From Raja brachyura (lineage: Eukaryota): a stretch of 64,000 nt of DNA. The stretch lies in assembly GCA_963514005.1 (NCBI GenBank), contig OY740783.1, positions 83,266,001 to 83,330,000 on the forward strand, given 5' to 3'. The first letter of the stretch is position 1; each line of letters opens with the position of its first letter. Of the stretch, positions 52,801-64,000 are shown in pieces. The position numbers and the translations under genes are program-made. A model generated the notes under the pieces. That model was given only the letters and a program-made list of their open reading frames with translations, did not search any database and was not told the DNA's origin.

Positions 52801-52840
52801 CTGATCGGATTCCCCTGATGGCGCTACCGTTTTTTTCCAT
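52801..52840 (-). CDS. pax5: Pax5 alternative first coding exon 1A (MEKNGSAIRGIRS + phase-1 G)
   Basis: Minus strand reads AGT-ATG-GAA-AAA-AAC-GGT-AGC-GCC-ATC-AGG-GGA-ATC-CGA-TCA-G then gtaggt donor. Strong Kozak (A-3, G+4). 40 nt, phase 1, fits exon 2 (G+GG=Gly, then HGGVNQ). EKN...R.G resembles mammalian exon 1A MDLEKNYPTPRTSRTG, and the upstream leader resembles the human 1A 5'UTR as recalled. Confidence 0.85.
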
Positions 52841-52901
52841 ACTAGTTTTCGTATTGCGAATCCTTTGTGAAAAGACTGGAAGAAAAGTTTCTATTTTTCG
52901 C

Positions 52902-52944
52902 TGTGTGTGTGTGTATGTGTGTGTGTATGTGTGCGTGTGTGTGT
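52902..52944. repeat. Interrupted (TG)n/(CA)n microsatellite inside the exon 1A leader
   Basis: Seen directly. Confidence 0.95.
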
Positions 52945-53022
52945 TGTCGGCTCCGGATAATTTGACTCTTCCGCTACCCCGTCGCGTCTTTGGTGCTGCC
53001 CATTGATCCGAAACTAAACGTT

Positions 53023-53097
53023 TTAGGTGGAGAAAAGGCTCTGAACAAACCGTGAAATGATTAAGGAACTAAAAGAGCTCGCTACATGTGAGATCAT
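53023..53097 (-). other. Upstream ORF in exon 1A leader, 24 aa MISHVASSFSSLIISRFVQSLFST*
   Basis: Read directly: ATG at 53097 to TAA at 53025-53023. Translation is not demonstrated. Confidence 0.6.
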
Positions 53098-55613
53098 GTC
53101 CTGTTCGCTTTAAAAAAATCGCCAAGTCCCTTGACGCAGCGAAAAGAAAGTAAAACTCTCACATCTGCCGGACAAATCACTCCTACCTATCGCTTTCTGT
53201 AACTTTGTGGTTGTCTCTTTCGCCTCCAGTCTCCACTGTGCGAATGTTTACAACGCCTGGCATTTACAAATACTTGCACTAGAGGATCTGTATGGATGGG
53301 GATTCTGAAACACCGCATCACACGCCGATTCAAGCACCACTAACATTGAATAATTGAAGTCCTTTCTCGACATTTCACTCTCTAACTTCCTTCCTCAAAT
53401 TGGCACAAAAACATTAGGTAGTTTTATCTGTACCCGGGGAGACAATTGCAGACACCCCCTCCTACTCTTCCCCACCAAGAAGCGACACCTTGTAGCGCAC
53501 AGTTTTTTCCGATTTCTTCTTAAATACGGCGCTGCTGTTTACAATTTTGTGTCGATTTGACTCTTATTGGGAGTGGGAACATACAAAATAAAAGCGCTCA
53601 TCATCCGTACCCCATCGTCCTACATTTGTACTCATTTGACATTTTCTAATATAAAATAAACTTTGCTCCAGTTATTGTCGCATTTTTAAAAGAAAATATT
53701 GACTGATTACTGTATCCATGGTTAGAAATTGGCGGAGCGAATGCACTCGGCCATATTTCTGTCTGCAACTTATGTTGAAATTATATCAAAATTGGAGCAC
53801 GCAAAATGTGCAGCATTTGCCAGTGCCGGCGGAATGGACTTTTCCACAGGCAGTCAGATGTTCATTTCCCGCTGCACTTAACCTTTAACCGGTGACCGCA
53901 ATACAACTTTACGGAAGTTTTAAATACTAATTGATTCGTGTCAATGGGAAGGTCTCGTTGAAATTCAAGTACCAACTTCAAATACCAAGTCAAGTGAATT
54001 TACACGATTCCGCCTGTCTCATATATACGTTTGCAAGAACGCAAATGAATTAAATAAAACCTGAAGTTACAGAAACCTGGATCACTTTCACAACGCCTGC
54101 AGCTTTGGTTTCCTCCATATATTTTACAGATTAACACCAGCACCACATTAGGTCAAATTCATATTTAGGCAATACATGGTCCTAGCTTTTGTTTGGGTAT
54201 GACCACACGAGAAAGCTCAAGGCATGATTTACAGCATAAATTCAATATGTTTTTTTTTAACATGTTGTTTGTTTGTTTTTAAAGCCTGAATAACCGGTAT
54301 AAAAGTCCATGGTCAAAAACTACAATTAGTGTCTTAATCCTAACGGATTTCAGTCCGAAAAAATGAATTATCCCGTTTTGCAGAAATGTTTGGAGTGTCT
54401 AGGATGTTCAGTTTAACGAGTTTAAGAAGTGACCTCGGCTTACAGGTGAAATTTAAGGAACATAAATTGCCCAATATAATGTTGTATTAGATACAATATA
54501 ACCTACATGGAGGAAAGTGTCGCCAATGTTTCGTCATATAAGCATATATTCAGAACTACTGTAATAAAATACTTTTGTTTATGTTTTTCATCATATATTT
54601 AAATGTTTGTGTTCTTTCATAAACCAAATCAGGTGAGTTTATTTAGACAGGGTCGCTTTTTACACATGGATTACCTGAAATGCTTTAATAAGTAAATTAA
54701 TACCTTCAAATTATCATGAAGAACTTTTGGACAACTGACGTAGAATTGGACTGTTTGCAAGTTAATGAAATAACTAAATATTCACATGAAAATGTATGCA
54801 CTATATCAAATACACGCATTCAGATCACCGGGCCAAATTTGGAAATTTTGATAAATGCAAAGTACCTAAACATCTATTTAAACTTACATCTTTAAATATC
54901 GGAAGTAATCATTCCAAATAATATGAAATAATGTCAATTCCTTTGTTTTATGATCATTCGCAATTCTATTAAAGACTAATTCTACCTAATGCACAAGGTC
55001 GCTAATATTTTATTTTTGGATAAGGGGCAATTTAATGAAGTGGGGGAAAATGTTTACTTAAAAGTTAAATTGGACCCCTCGCAGTTAACCCGGAACATAA
55101 TAAATAATTATGCCTAGTGCAATTTTATTGTGAAACAAATACCCTATGTTTCTCCATAGTTGGACGCTTCCACGGTGTACAAACAAATCCTGATCCTGAA
55201 GCATTCTTAGATTTTTGGTTCTGCTCACAAAACACGAAAATTAATTTGATCAAGTAAATATATAGAGAATATTTGTAATAAGTTATTCAATTCCAAAATT
55301 CTTGAAGTTAATTTTTAATTTGGTATTCGATATATGTGCCATATTTCTTTAATTGTGATTACCTGTTTTAGCTAAATATTCAAAATATTACTTTGCCAAT
55401 GTCTGAAATGTGATTAGTAATAGGTTGTGCATCATTAGCCCACACTGCATTAAATATATCGTGTATACTAACTTGACAGATATCAGAGTGCAGTAATTAT
55501 ATGAAACCATTGCCATCGCTGCTCCTTTCAATTCACTAATATGTTGTGTGAAACAGGCCCCACAGCTAACCTATGCGAGCATTATTTATAGTTGTATATT
55601 TAATGTTGGCTTC

Positions 55614-55778
55614 NNNNNNNNNNNNNNNNNNNNNNNNNNNNNNNNNNNNNNNNNNNNNNNNNNNNNNNNNNNNNNNNNNNNNNNNNNNNNNNNNNNNNNN
55701 NNNNNNNNNNNNNNNNNNNNNNNNNNNNNNNNNNNNNNNNNNNNNNNNNNNNNNNNNNNNNNNNNNNNNNNNNNNNNN
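55614..55778. other. Assembly gap (N run)
   Basis: 165 N. Confidence 1.
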
Positions 55779-56102
55779 ACTTTTACATTTCTTCAATGCA
55801 GTAGTTTGTAGTTTACAACTTTCATACACTTCAATTTATTTTCATAACTTTCAATATCCAAGTTGACTAAATCTAAATGCTCATAATTAGCCATGTTATA
55901 GTGTTCGATAAAACCATACGGATTCATCAGCAGTCCCGGTTCTTCCTTCGGTTGTGTGATATCGGTTAACACTTCCGCAATAAACCTCCAGCTAACAATA
56001 AAAGGTTATGAAAATATATTTAGCTGACATTTATTTCAAATATTTTGATGTACGCACATTTCTCCAGTTATTTGGTAAAATTAAAAAACGAAGTGACGGA
56101 GC

Positions 56103-56173
56103 AAACGTCGCCTATTCCTTCGCTCCAAAGATGCTGCCTCACCCGCTGAGTTTCTCCAGCATTTTTGTCTACC
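56103..56173 (+). mobile_element. 5'-truncated Penelope-derived repeat
   Basis: aaacgtcgcctattccttcgctcca...gagtttctccagcatttttgtc, nearly identical to 35556-35622. Confidence 0.85.
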
Positions 56174-59100
56174 TTTTTCTTTTATGTTATGTACTTTCTT
56201 GATTACAAATATTGACTATTAAAATAAACAGCTCTTTAATATGTTATTGATTCAGAGCGGTTTGCACAATTGGAGGGAAATTGAGGCCGATCTGTATTTG
56301 CTAAGTCTGAATTCAGAGCTGACAAATGTCGTGTTTCACTTGGAATTCAACAATGAGTGCCAATCGCCAGGACCACTCACCTGTCACATATATCTTCAAC
56401 TACTTCTCAAAATCACTTCCATATTTCTTCCGATACTTATTGTGGTTTCAAAAAGTACCACCGATCCACTGATTTAGGCGCTAATATGACCTTTGATCTA
56501 CTGCAATGTTTCCATTGGAGTTTTTCCTGACCGGGGATTCATAAACAGAACCAGAGGTGATAATTATGTAGAATATATAGATTTACATCGCTCTAAAAAC
56601 AATCAACGAACCGGTGTCACCTGAAGTTGACAGCTGGAATAACCTATTGTACTCAGTCAATAAACAGTTAGGGGAAAATAGCAGTTTAATTGATAACTTA
56701 AGGTTCCGTGAAAACAAAAGAGGCGTATATGCTGTGCAGGTTATTTTAAGGCGAGTATCATCTACATTTGTTGATGCTGGAATGTCTTCATTTTAAGTTG
56801 TAAATAATAGCTTAAAATAAAAAAAAGAAGCTATGTTTAGGGTTCTGAATTACCCTTTATATCTTTAACAATGAAATATATCAACAGAATGAATATTAGT
56901 TTGTAGCTCGTCATTTAATTATTTTACTTTGTCAAAATGTAAATGCTACGTGGACAGAAGTTAACCTTCAATGTTCTATAGTTGATGCAGCTAATCCTAC
57001 TGATTCACAAAGCGTTCACCCACACAAAACGTGTCGTTGCATTTACTCTCAAAGGTACTATCAAATTATTGCACCTGTTAGATTTTTACGCTTTTGAAAC
57101 CACAACTCGGGATTTCAGGGGAAATCAGTGTTGGCGTTAAAACTCAGAACATCTCAACATCTTCTGTGAAGAGTGGATCCAAGATTATATATATTCCCAA
57201 AACGTAAAATAGAATTTATTTTTAAAACATTGATATATGTGCACGTGTTAGCTTTCCACCAGATTAGACAATTTAGCAATCTGGCTCCTCGGCCTCCAGT
57301 GACACATACTCCTGGTGATACTTAGCGCTCAAAATTCGTTACATGGGAATCAATGCCGAAGTCAAGAGACATGTTCATGTTTGAACGTGTTGCCTTTCTA
57401 TGCTGGCAATAATTAATATATACACATCGACTGGTCGCTGATCTGTTGTACTTAATAAAGCACGAAATGGAAATTGCATTATTTATTATAAATAGCTCAA
57501 ACATATTGTACAATGTGGCAAGACCACGAACGATAAAGCTATTAATTTAAATGTAAATATAATGTGTTTTTAAAATGTTTATTTCCTGTCCATCCGTTAA
57601 AATAAAGTTGTCAGCAGATCAAATATGCAAAAAAACATAATTGTCCAAGAAAATGTGAGGCAAAATGTCATTCACTATTAAATGACATAGTTACAAAAAC
57701 TTAAAAGGAATTGTCATAATGATAAAGCACTTGGGCAAATAATAAGATTAACAAATAAATGTTAAATAGACAAGCACGCGAGCGTTTAGATCAAGGCACT
57801 TGGTTAAACAGTGACCAATCAATCAATCAATCGCCAAACTAAATAATGTCACAAACTGGAAAGAAAAACCGATCGGACAAAAAATCGAATGGAGGTAATT
57901 GAGCTTTAATTCTGTGATTTAAAGCTATACACCGCACAGGGAAATACACCTGTCCAGCGCAAATTCATGAAATAATACGGAAAATTTAAAAAAAAAAGTT
58001 TAATCCCTTTTACAGTAGAAAGTAAATCTCCATTACGCGGCTACTCATTTTTTTTTTCAAGGTGTCCATTCCTTTCTTCCCTCCTCATGAAGAAGCACGT
58101 GGCCTCTGCTCGGTTCCCCTTGTGTGTTGGCTAAATCGTTGTGAGAGCATATGCACTTTTTCCATTATTAGGTGAAATCTCACACTGCCAAATATTCTCA
58201 AAGAGTTATATATTTTTTGTAATATCATCCTGTGATTATCTTTCATTAAGCTAATCGCTAAAAAGAATTATCAGCTTTCCATTAAATTCATGTGCACATA
58301 GATGTTTAAGAACATTTGTCGGTAAAGAAAAAAAGGTGATATATGAAGTGCTGAAATATTTAAAAAAGTACATACAGCACCTTTCACTTTCCATCAATAA
58401 CAGCAATGTCGTCATATTTTGTGTTGGTGTATGTTGGTGAATACATTATGTTTACTGGACTGAACTGTCGGAGTGACGGTTCAGTGTCCGTTCTGAAAGA
58501 AGCCTCCAGCAACAATGCAGCACCCCCTCAGATCTGAATATGGAAATACCAGCCAATACCTGTTAGTTCGATGCTCAGGTACTCCCAGCAAACACATGGA
58601 ATGCTAAAATAAATAGAAAGTGAAAGCTTGGCTCTATTCTGAAGATTTTCTGCAACATGCCAATTATATCGGACATCCTTAGTTATCTCAGTTGCAATTT
58701 ATTAGAACATTGATCTTATAAAGATTATCTCAGCTATTATCGGGATGGGACATTTCGGCTCTTAGTTTTCAGGTTTTTATTTCCTTTTCCAGTCAGCCCA
58801 CTAGTTAAAAGACTGGATCGGCAATTCGTTTCCAGGCCATTTCGAAATATTCGCTGGCAGATACCAAAATCTGACTGTCCTCTGATTTTTCTCTTTTTTG
58901 TATGTGTGCACATGGTACCTACGATCGTCACTGTTTTGCGTGGAGTTAATGCTTTAGGAATGTTGAGCTCCAAATGACAGGCGAATACTTCATAGCATTG
59001 GTAGTGATAACTCACCGTGCTGCCTTCAGTTTCAATATGATAACATCTTAATAAAAATGTAACGAAAAACGAACAAAGGCAACAGTTTCTCGAGTTCAGC

Positions 59101-61389
59101 AGTAAAATCGTTAATATTCGCACATGTACGCAGAAGATCATCCGTATGACCAGTGTCTCTGCCCCTTACAAAAAGCCCAATAAATAAACATTTTTGAATT
59201 TTACCGACCAAGGAATTTCAGTGGAGTGTGCTATGATTTCATCCCAAGTCTGTAAGCTTCAATGAACACAGAAAGTATATTTCACAAATATTTATTATGT
59301 AACCGATTTGAATTGATTTGGGGAGAAATATTTTGTTAACTTCGAAGCGTATTCCGTACACGATTTGGCTTATGTCACAACTGGCTGGAAAACTAAATCA
59401 AATAGTTCCAATGGTTGACTTTTGACCCGTGGGTAGGTGGAACGTAGCTTTTTAAGCACGCTGCAGACAGACACATATAGACTTAATAAAAAATAAGATA
59501 AACTTTACTGTTCAGTAAATATTAAGATACTAATAGATGAACATTCCTATTTTACGCACTGGATGACAAAGAACAATTAAAGTCGGATGTCATAAGATCT
59601 CAATGTAATCTTAACACACTTGTTCTATTATTTGCATATAATTTGCATTCTTTCATTAGAAATAAAGGTGACGTGGTGGACTAGGTGATTGACAATCCGA
59701 CCGATAGCGACGTGAACACACCTCACGATCCGGTATCCAGCTTTACAGCAGTCAGTAGGGTGTTTCGTCCTTTAACGCGGGAAGATTTTACGAACCCTCA
59801 CTCCACATAAGTGGGGGGAGGGGGGGGGGGGGGGGGGGGGAGCTACCCAAATCCACGGAATACGAGTATCCCATTGAATATAACGTAGAACTCAGACCCA
59901 GGCCGTCGGTCTCTTGTTCATCGAGATTGCATCTTTTGACTCAGGATGGAAATAACATCCCTGAGCTAAAGATGCAGTCAAGAGGTCAGGTGATACCATA
60001 AATGACACTAGTCAAGCTTGTGGTTTTCATTAACATTACCTGAAACATAAGGTTAGATTTACAATTTATAAGTCACTCGTGTGTAGTTGCTTATTTTAAT
60101 ATATATACTCTGCCGAGATAATAAAGGACATTTTATTTCACTGTGTTCCTTCTTTGTTGTAAATGAGGAATATGTAAGATGTTGACATCCACAGATTTCA
60201 AGCCATTATTTGAAAACATTTTTAATGATGAGCATCCAGGCAATGTCCTTATGGTTTGCTAAATAACAACCCACATCACCCTGATAGAATCATAGAAATT
60301 GGCATCAAATATGAACATGTAAGATAATTTTGGTCCCCAGATCCTATTATTTAAACAAACCATTTTTCCATCATTAGAAAACATGCTGACCCAACGTATC
60401 TCTGGATTCCAACACAATTCAAATTCCAAATGATTTTAATGTGTTTAAATCTTTTTCCGGGTGATCTTCTCCTTTTTCTATAACCATTTTCTGTCCATCA
60501 ACCTCCAGGTTTCTAACCCTAACTTTCGGATTTGCCTTTGTACATATCGGAGCTTACCTATTTACACATCCGTCTTCAAAACTGTTTGATAATACATTTC
60601 AGCTCATGAAGTTAAAGCTGGCTCACAAAACAATGCTCTTTAAAATATATCTCTTTCATCGTGCCTTTTTCATCTATTGTAATATAGATTTAATGGGATG
60701 CTGTTCTAGTAGGTACAGATCTGTCGCTATATTATACCAGGCTGCAGTCCAGTTGTGTACAAATGTATTACTGTTTAACCTAGGTATGCAGCAGAGCGAC
60801 GAAATGCATCTCACATGCAGTAACTGCAACTTCAAAGGGTTTTTAAAATACTGGCATAGCACTGTGTGGTGCAAGAACATTTCAACACCACACCTGTCTT
60901 GGACTACTTCTCAGATTTTACTCTTATTAACATTTGGATGAATGAGTGAAACGTGACAGTTCAAGGCTAATGATGGTGATAAGCACAGTTATCATCAATG
61001 ACAATGGATAGGTAACAAGTGTGTCCAGCATCCTGATCAATGACAGCAATAAAAAAGGAGAAAGTTGTCAACAGCTATTTTCCTATAAAAAATATTATTT
61101 TCTGAAAGTCCTCTAATTTTGTTATTGGAATGATCTCAAGTCATAATAGGGCACTCTGTAAGTATAGCAATTCTTTCAGAACTCATGACCAGGTAACCAA
61201 TGAATCTTTTTTTCCCTCTTTCCCCTATTTAGTATAATTTCTTCCAATGTCCATGGGTACAGGAAATAATTTGGCTCGTTTAGCCAGTGGTGATCCATGG
61301 ATCCACATTCAAAGAATGAGACTTGTTCTGGAGAGAGAAATAAAAGTAAACATTTCAGGTCAATGACACTTTATCATAATATTATTAAT

Positions 61390-64000
61390 GCAAGTACAGA
61401 AGGAGAGAAAGAGAAAACAAAATGAGACATCTGTGAAAGTATGTGAAAGTGGCAGGCAGAAAAATCCAGGGCAAAAATCCAAAAGGGCCACTTTTCAATA
61501 TAATTGTATAAGGGGCAAGAATGTTCTAAAAACAAGCCTGAAGGCTTTGTGTCTCAATGCAAGGAGCATTGTAATAAGGTGGATGAGTTGAATGTGCAGA
61601 TAGTTATGAATGAATATGATATAGTTGGGATCACGGAGACATGGCTCCAGGGTGACCAAGGCTGGGAGCTGAACATCCAGGGATATTCAATATTCAGGAG
61701 GGATAGACAGAAAGGAAAAGGAGATGGGGTAGAGTTGCTGGTTAGAGAGGAGATTAATGCAATAGAAAGGAAGGACATTAGCTTGGAGGATGTGGAATTG
61801 ATATGGATAGAGCTGCGAAACACTAAGCGGCAGAAAACGCTATTGGGAGTTGTGTACAGGCCACCTAACAGCAGTAGTGGAGTTGGGGATGGCATCAAAC
61901 ATGAAATTAGAAATGCATGCAACAAAGGAAAAACAGTTATAATGGGTGACTTCAATCTACATATTGATTGGGTGAATCAAATTGGCAGGGGTGCTGAGGA
62001 AGAGGATTTCTTGGAATGTATGTGGGATAGTTTTCTAAACCAACATATAGAGGAATCAACGAGAGAGCAGGCTATTCTAGACTGGGTATTGAGTAATGAG
62101 GACGGGTTAGTTAGCAGTCTTGTTGTGCGTGGCCCCTTGGGCAAGAGTGACCATAATATGGTTGAGTTCTTCATTAGGATGGAGAGTGACATTATTAATT
62201 TAGAAACAAGGGTTCTGAACTTAAAGAAAGGTAACTTTGAGGGTATGAGACGTGAATTGGCCAAGATAGACTGGCAAATGATTCTTAAAGGGTTGATGGT
62301 GGATATGCAATGGGAGGCATTTAAAGACTGCATGGATGAACTACAACAATTGTTCATCCCAGTTTGGCAAAAGAATAAATCAGGGAAGGTAGTGCATCCG
62401 TGGATAACAAAGGAAATCAGGGATAGTATCAACACAAAAGATGAAGCAAACAAATTAGCCAGAAAAAGCAGCCTACCAGAGGACTGGGAGAAATTCAGTC
62501 CAGCAGAGGAGGACAAAGGGCTTAATTAGGAAAGGGAAAATAGATTATGAAAGAAAACTGGCAGGGAACATAAAAACTGACTGCAAATGTTTTTATAGAT
62601 ATGTGAAGAGAAAAAGGTTAGGTAAAACAAATGTAGGTCCCTTGCAGTCAGTAACTGGTGAATTGATCATGGGGAACAAGGACATGGCACACCAATTGAA
62701 TAATTACTTTGGTTCTGTCTTCACTAAGGAAGACATAAATAATCTGCCGGAAATAGCACTGGACCGGGGGTCCAATGAGATCGATAAACTGAGTGAAATC
62801 CAGGTTAGCCGGGAAGTGGTGTTAGGTAAATTGAATGGATTAAGGCCAGACAGGCTGCCACCCAGAGTACTTAAGGAAATAGCCCCAGAAATAGAGGATG
62901 CATTAGTAATAATTTTTCAAAACTCTTTAGATTCTGGAGTAGTTTGTGAGGATTGGAGGGTAGCTAATGTAACCCCACTTTTTAAAAAGGGAGGGAGAGA
63001 GAAAATGGGGAATTACAGACCAGTTAGTCTAACATCGGTAGTGGGGAAAATGCTAGAGTCAGTTACTAAAGATGGGATAGCAGCACATTTGGAAAGTGGT
63101 GAAATCATTGGACAAAGTCAGCATGGATTTATGAAAGGTAAATCATGTCTGACGAATCTTATAGAAATTTTCGAGGATGTAACTAGTAGAGTGTATAAGG
63201 GAGAACCAGTGGATGTGTTATATCTGGACTTTCAGAAGGCTTTCGACAAGGTCCCACATAAGAGATTAGTATACAAACTTAAAGCACATGGTATTGGGGT
63301 TCAGTATTGATGTGGATAGAGAACTGGCTGGCAGACAGGAAGCAAAGAGTAGGAGTAAACGGGTCCTTTACAGAATGGCAGGCAGTGACTAGTGGGGTAC
63401 CGCAAGGCTCAGTGCTGGGACCCCAGCTATTTACAATATATATTAATGATCTGGATGAAGGAATTGAATGCAACATCTCCAAGTTTGCGGATGACACGAA
63501 GCTGGGGGGAGTGTTAGCTGTGAGGAGGATGCTAGGAGGCTGCAAGGTGAATTGGATGGGTTGGGCGAGTGGGCAAATGCATGGCAGATGCAGTATAATG
63601 TGGATAAATGTGAGGTTATCCACTTTGGTGGCAAAAACAGGAAAGTAGACTATTATCTGAATGGTGGCCGATTAGGAAGAGGGGAGATGCAATGAGACCT
63701 GGGTGTCATGGTACACCAGTCATTGAAGGTAGGCATGCAGGTGCAGCAGGCAGTGAAGAAAGCGAATGGTATGTTGGCATTCACAGCAAAACGATTTGAG
63801 TATAAGAGCAGGGAGGTTCTACTGCAGTAGTACAGGGTCTTGGTGAGGCCACACCTGGAGTATTGCGTACAGGTTTGGTCTCCTAATCTAAGGAAAGACA
63901 TTCTTGCCATAGAGGGAGTACAGAGAAGGTTCACCAGACTGATTCCTAGGATGGCAGGATTTCCATATGAAGAAAAACTGGATAGACTCGGCTTGTACAC
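61390..64000 (+). mobile_element. CR1-clade LINE ORF2 (APE endonuclease + reverse transcriptase), frameshifted, runs off the window
   Basis: Endonuclease motifs CLNARSI, DIVGITETWL, GVVYRPP, MGDFN, SDHN. RT motifs [41 protein letters not shown]. Frameshifts near 61575, 62500, 63305 and 63510. Confidence 0.96.

Larger units (their letters stand above)
52841..53110 (-). promoter_or_regulatory. pax5: Pax5 exon 1A 5' leader (upstream boundary/TSS not determined)
   Basis: Blocks AACAGGACATGATCTCACATG, CTCTTTTAGTTCCTTAATCATTTC, TCCACCTAAAACGTTTAGTTTC, AGCGGAAG and GAAACTTTTC occur in the order recalled for the human PAX5 exon 1A 5'UTR. Confidence 0.75.

Noticed and set aside
46871-55866. ORFs containing X runs
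   Set aside because: Artefacts of reading through N gaps.
35009-59840. Poly-C/poly-G tracts (35009, 49349, 59814) as functional G-quadruplexes
   Set aside because: Homopolymer lengths are unreliable in assemblies and nothing else supports a function.
61554-64000. Long minus-strand ORFs (133, 179, 114, 115 aa)
   Set aside because: Antisense shadows of the CR1 ORF2.

Overview
Vertebrate genomic DNA. The repeat families (HE1-like tRNA SINEs, Deu-domain SINEs, CR1 LINEs, Penelope-like elements) suggest a cartilaginous fish, probably a skate or ray; this is inference. The window holds the 5' part of pax5 on the minus strand, which the ORF track mostly misses. I read two alternative first coding exons (1A 52801-52840, MEKNGSAIRGIRS; 1B 41116-41158, MEIHCKHDPFAAMH), paired-domain exons 2 (38563-38728) and 3 (30568-30765), exon 4 (24512-24576) and the octapeptide exon 5 (21631-21762). 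All have GT-AG sites and compatible phases. I could not find exon 6, so intron 5 presumably runs off the left edge. Best leads: (1) a mammalian-type exon 1A whose leader carries a 24-codon uORF that appears conserved; (2) about 18 short Penelope-derived repeats with a minimal hammerhead-ribozyme motif, several with their own target-site duplications (TSDs), plus their likely source element; (3) a helically phased CCAAT array at the 1B promoter; (4) a Pax2/5/8 plus homeodomain site pair between exons 1A and 1B; (5) a 685-bp foldback element near exon 3. Comparisons to human or other sequences are from memory and need alignment. Repeat boundaries are approximate unless a TSD is given.
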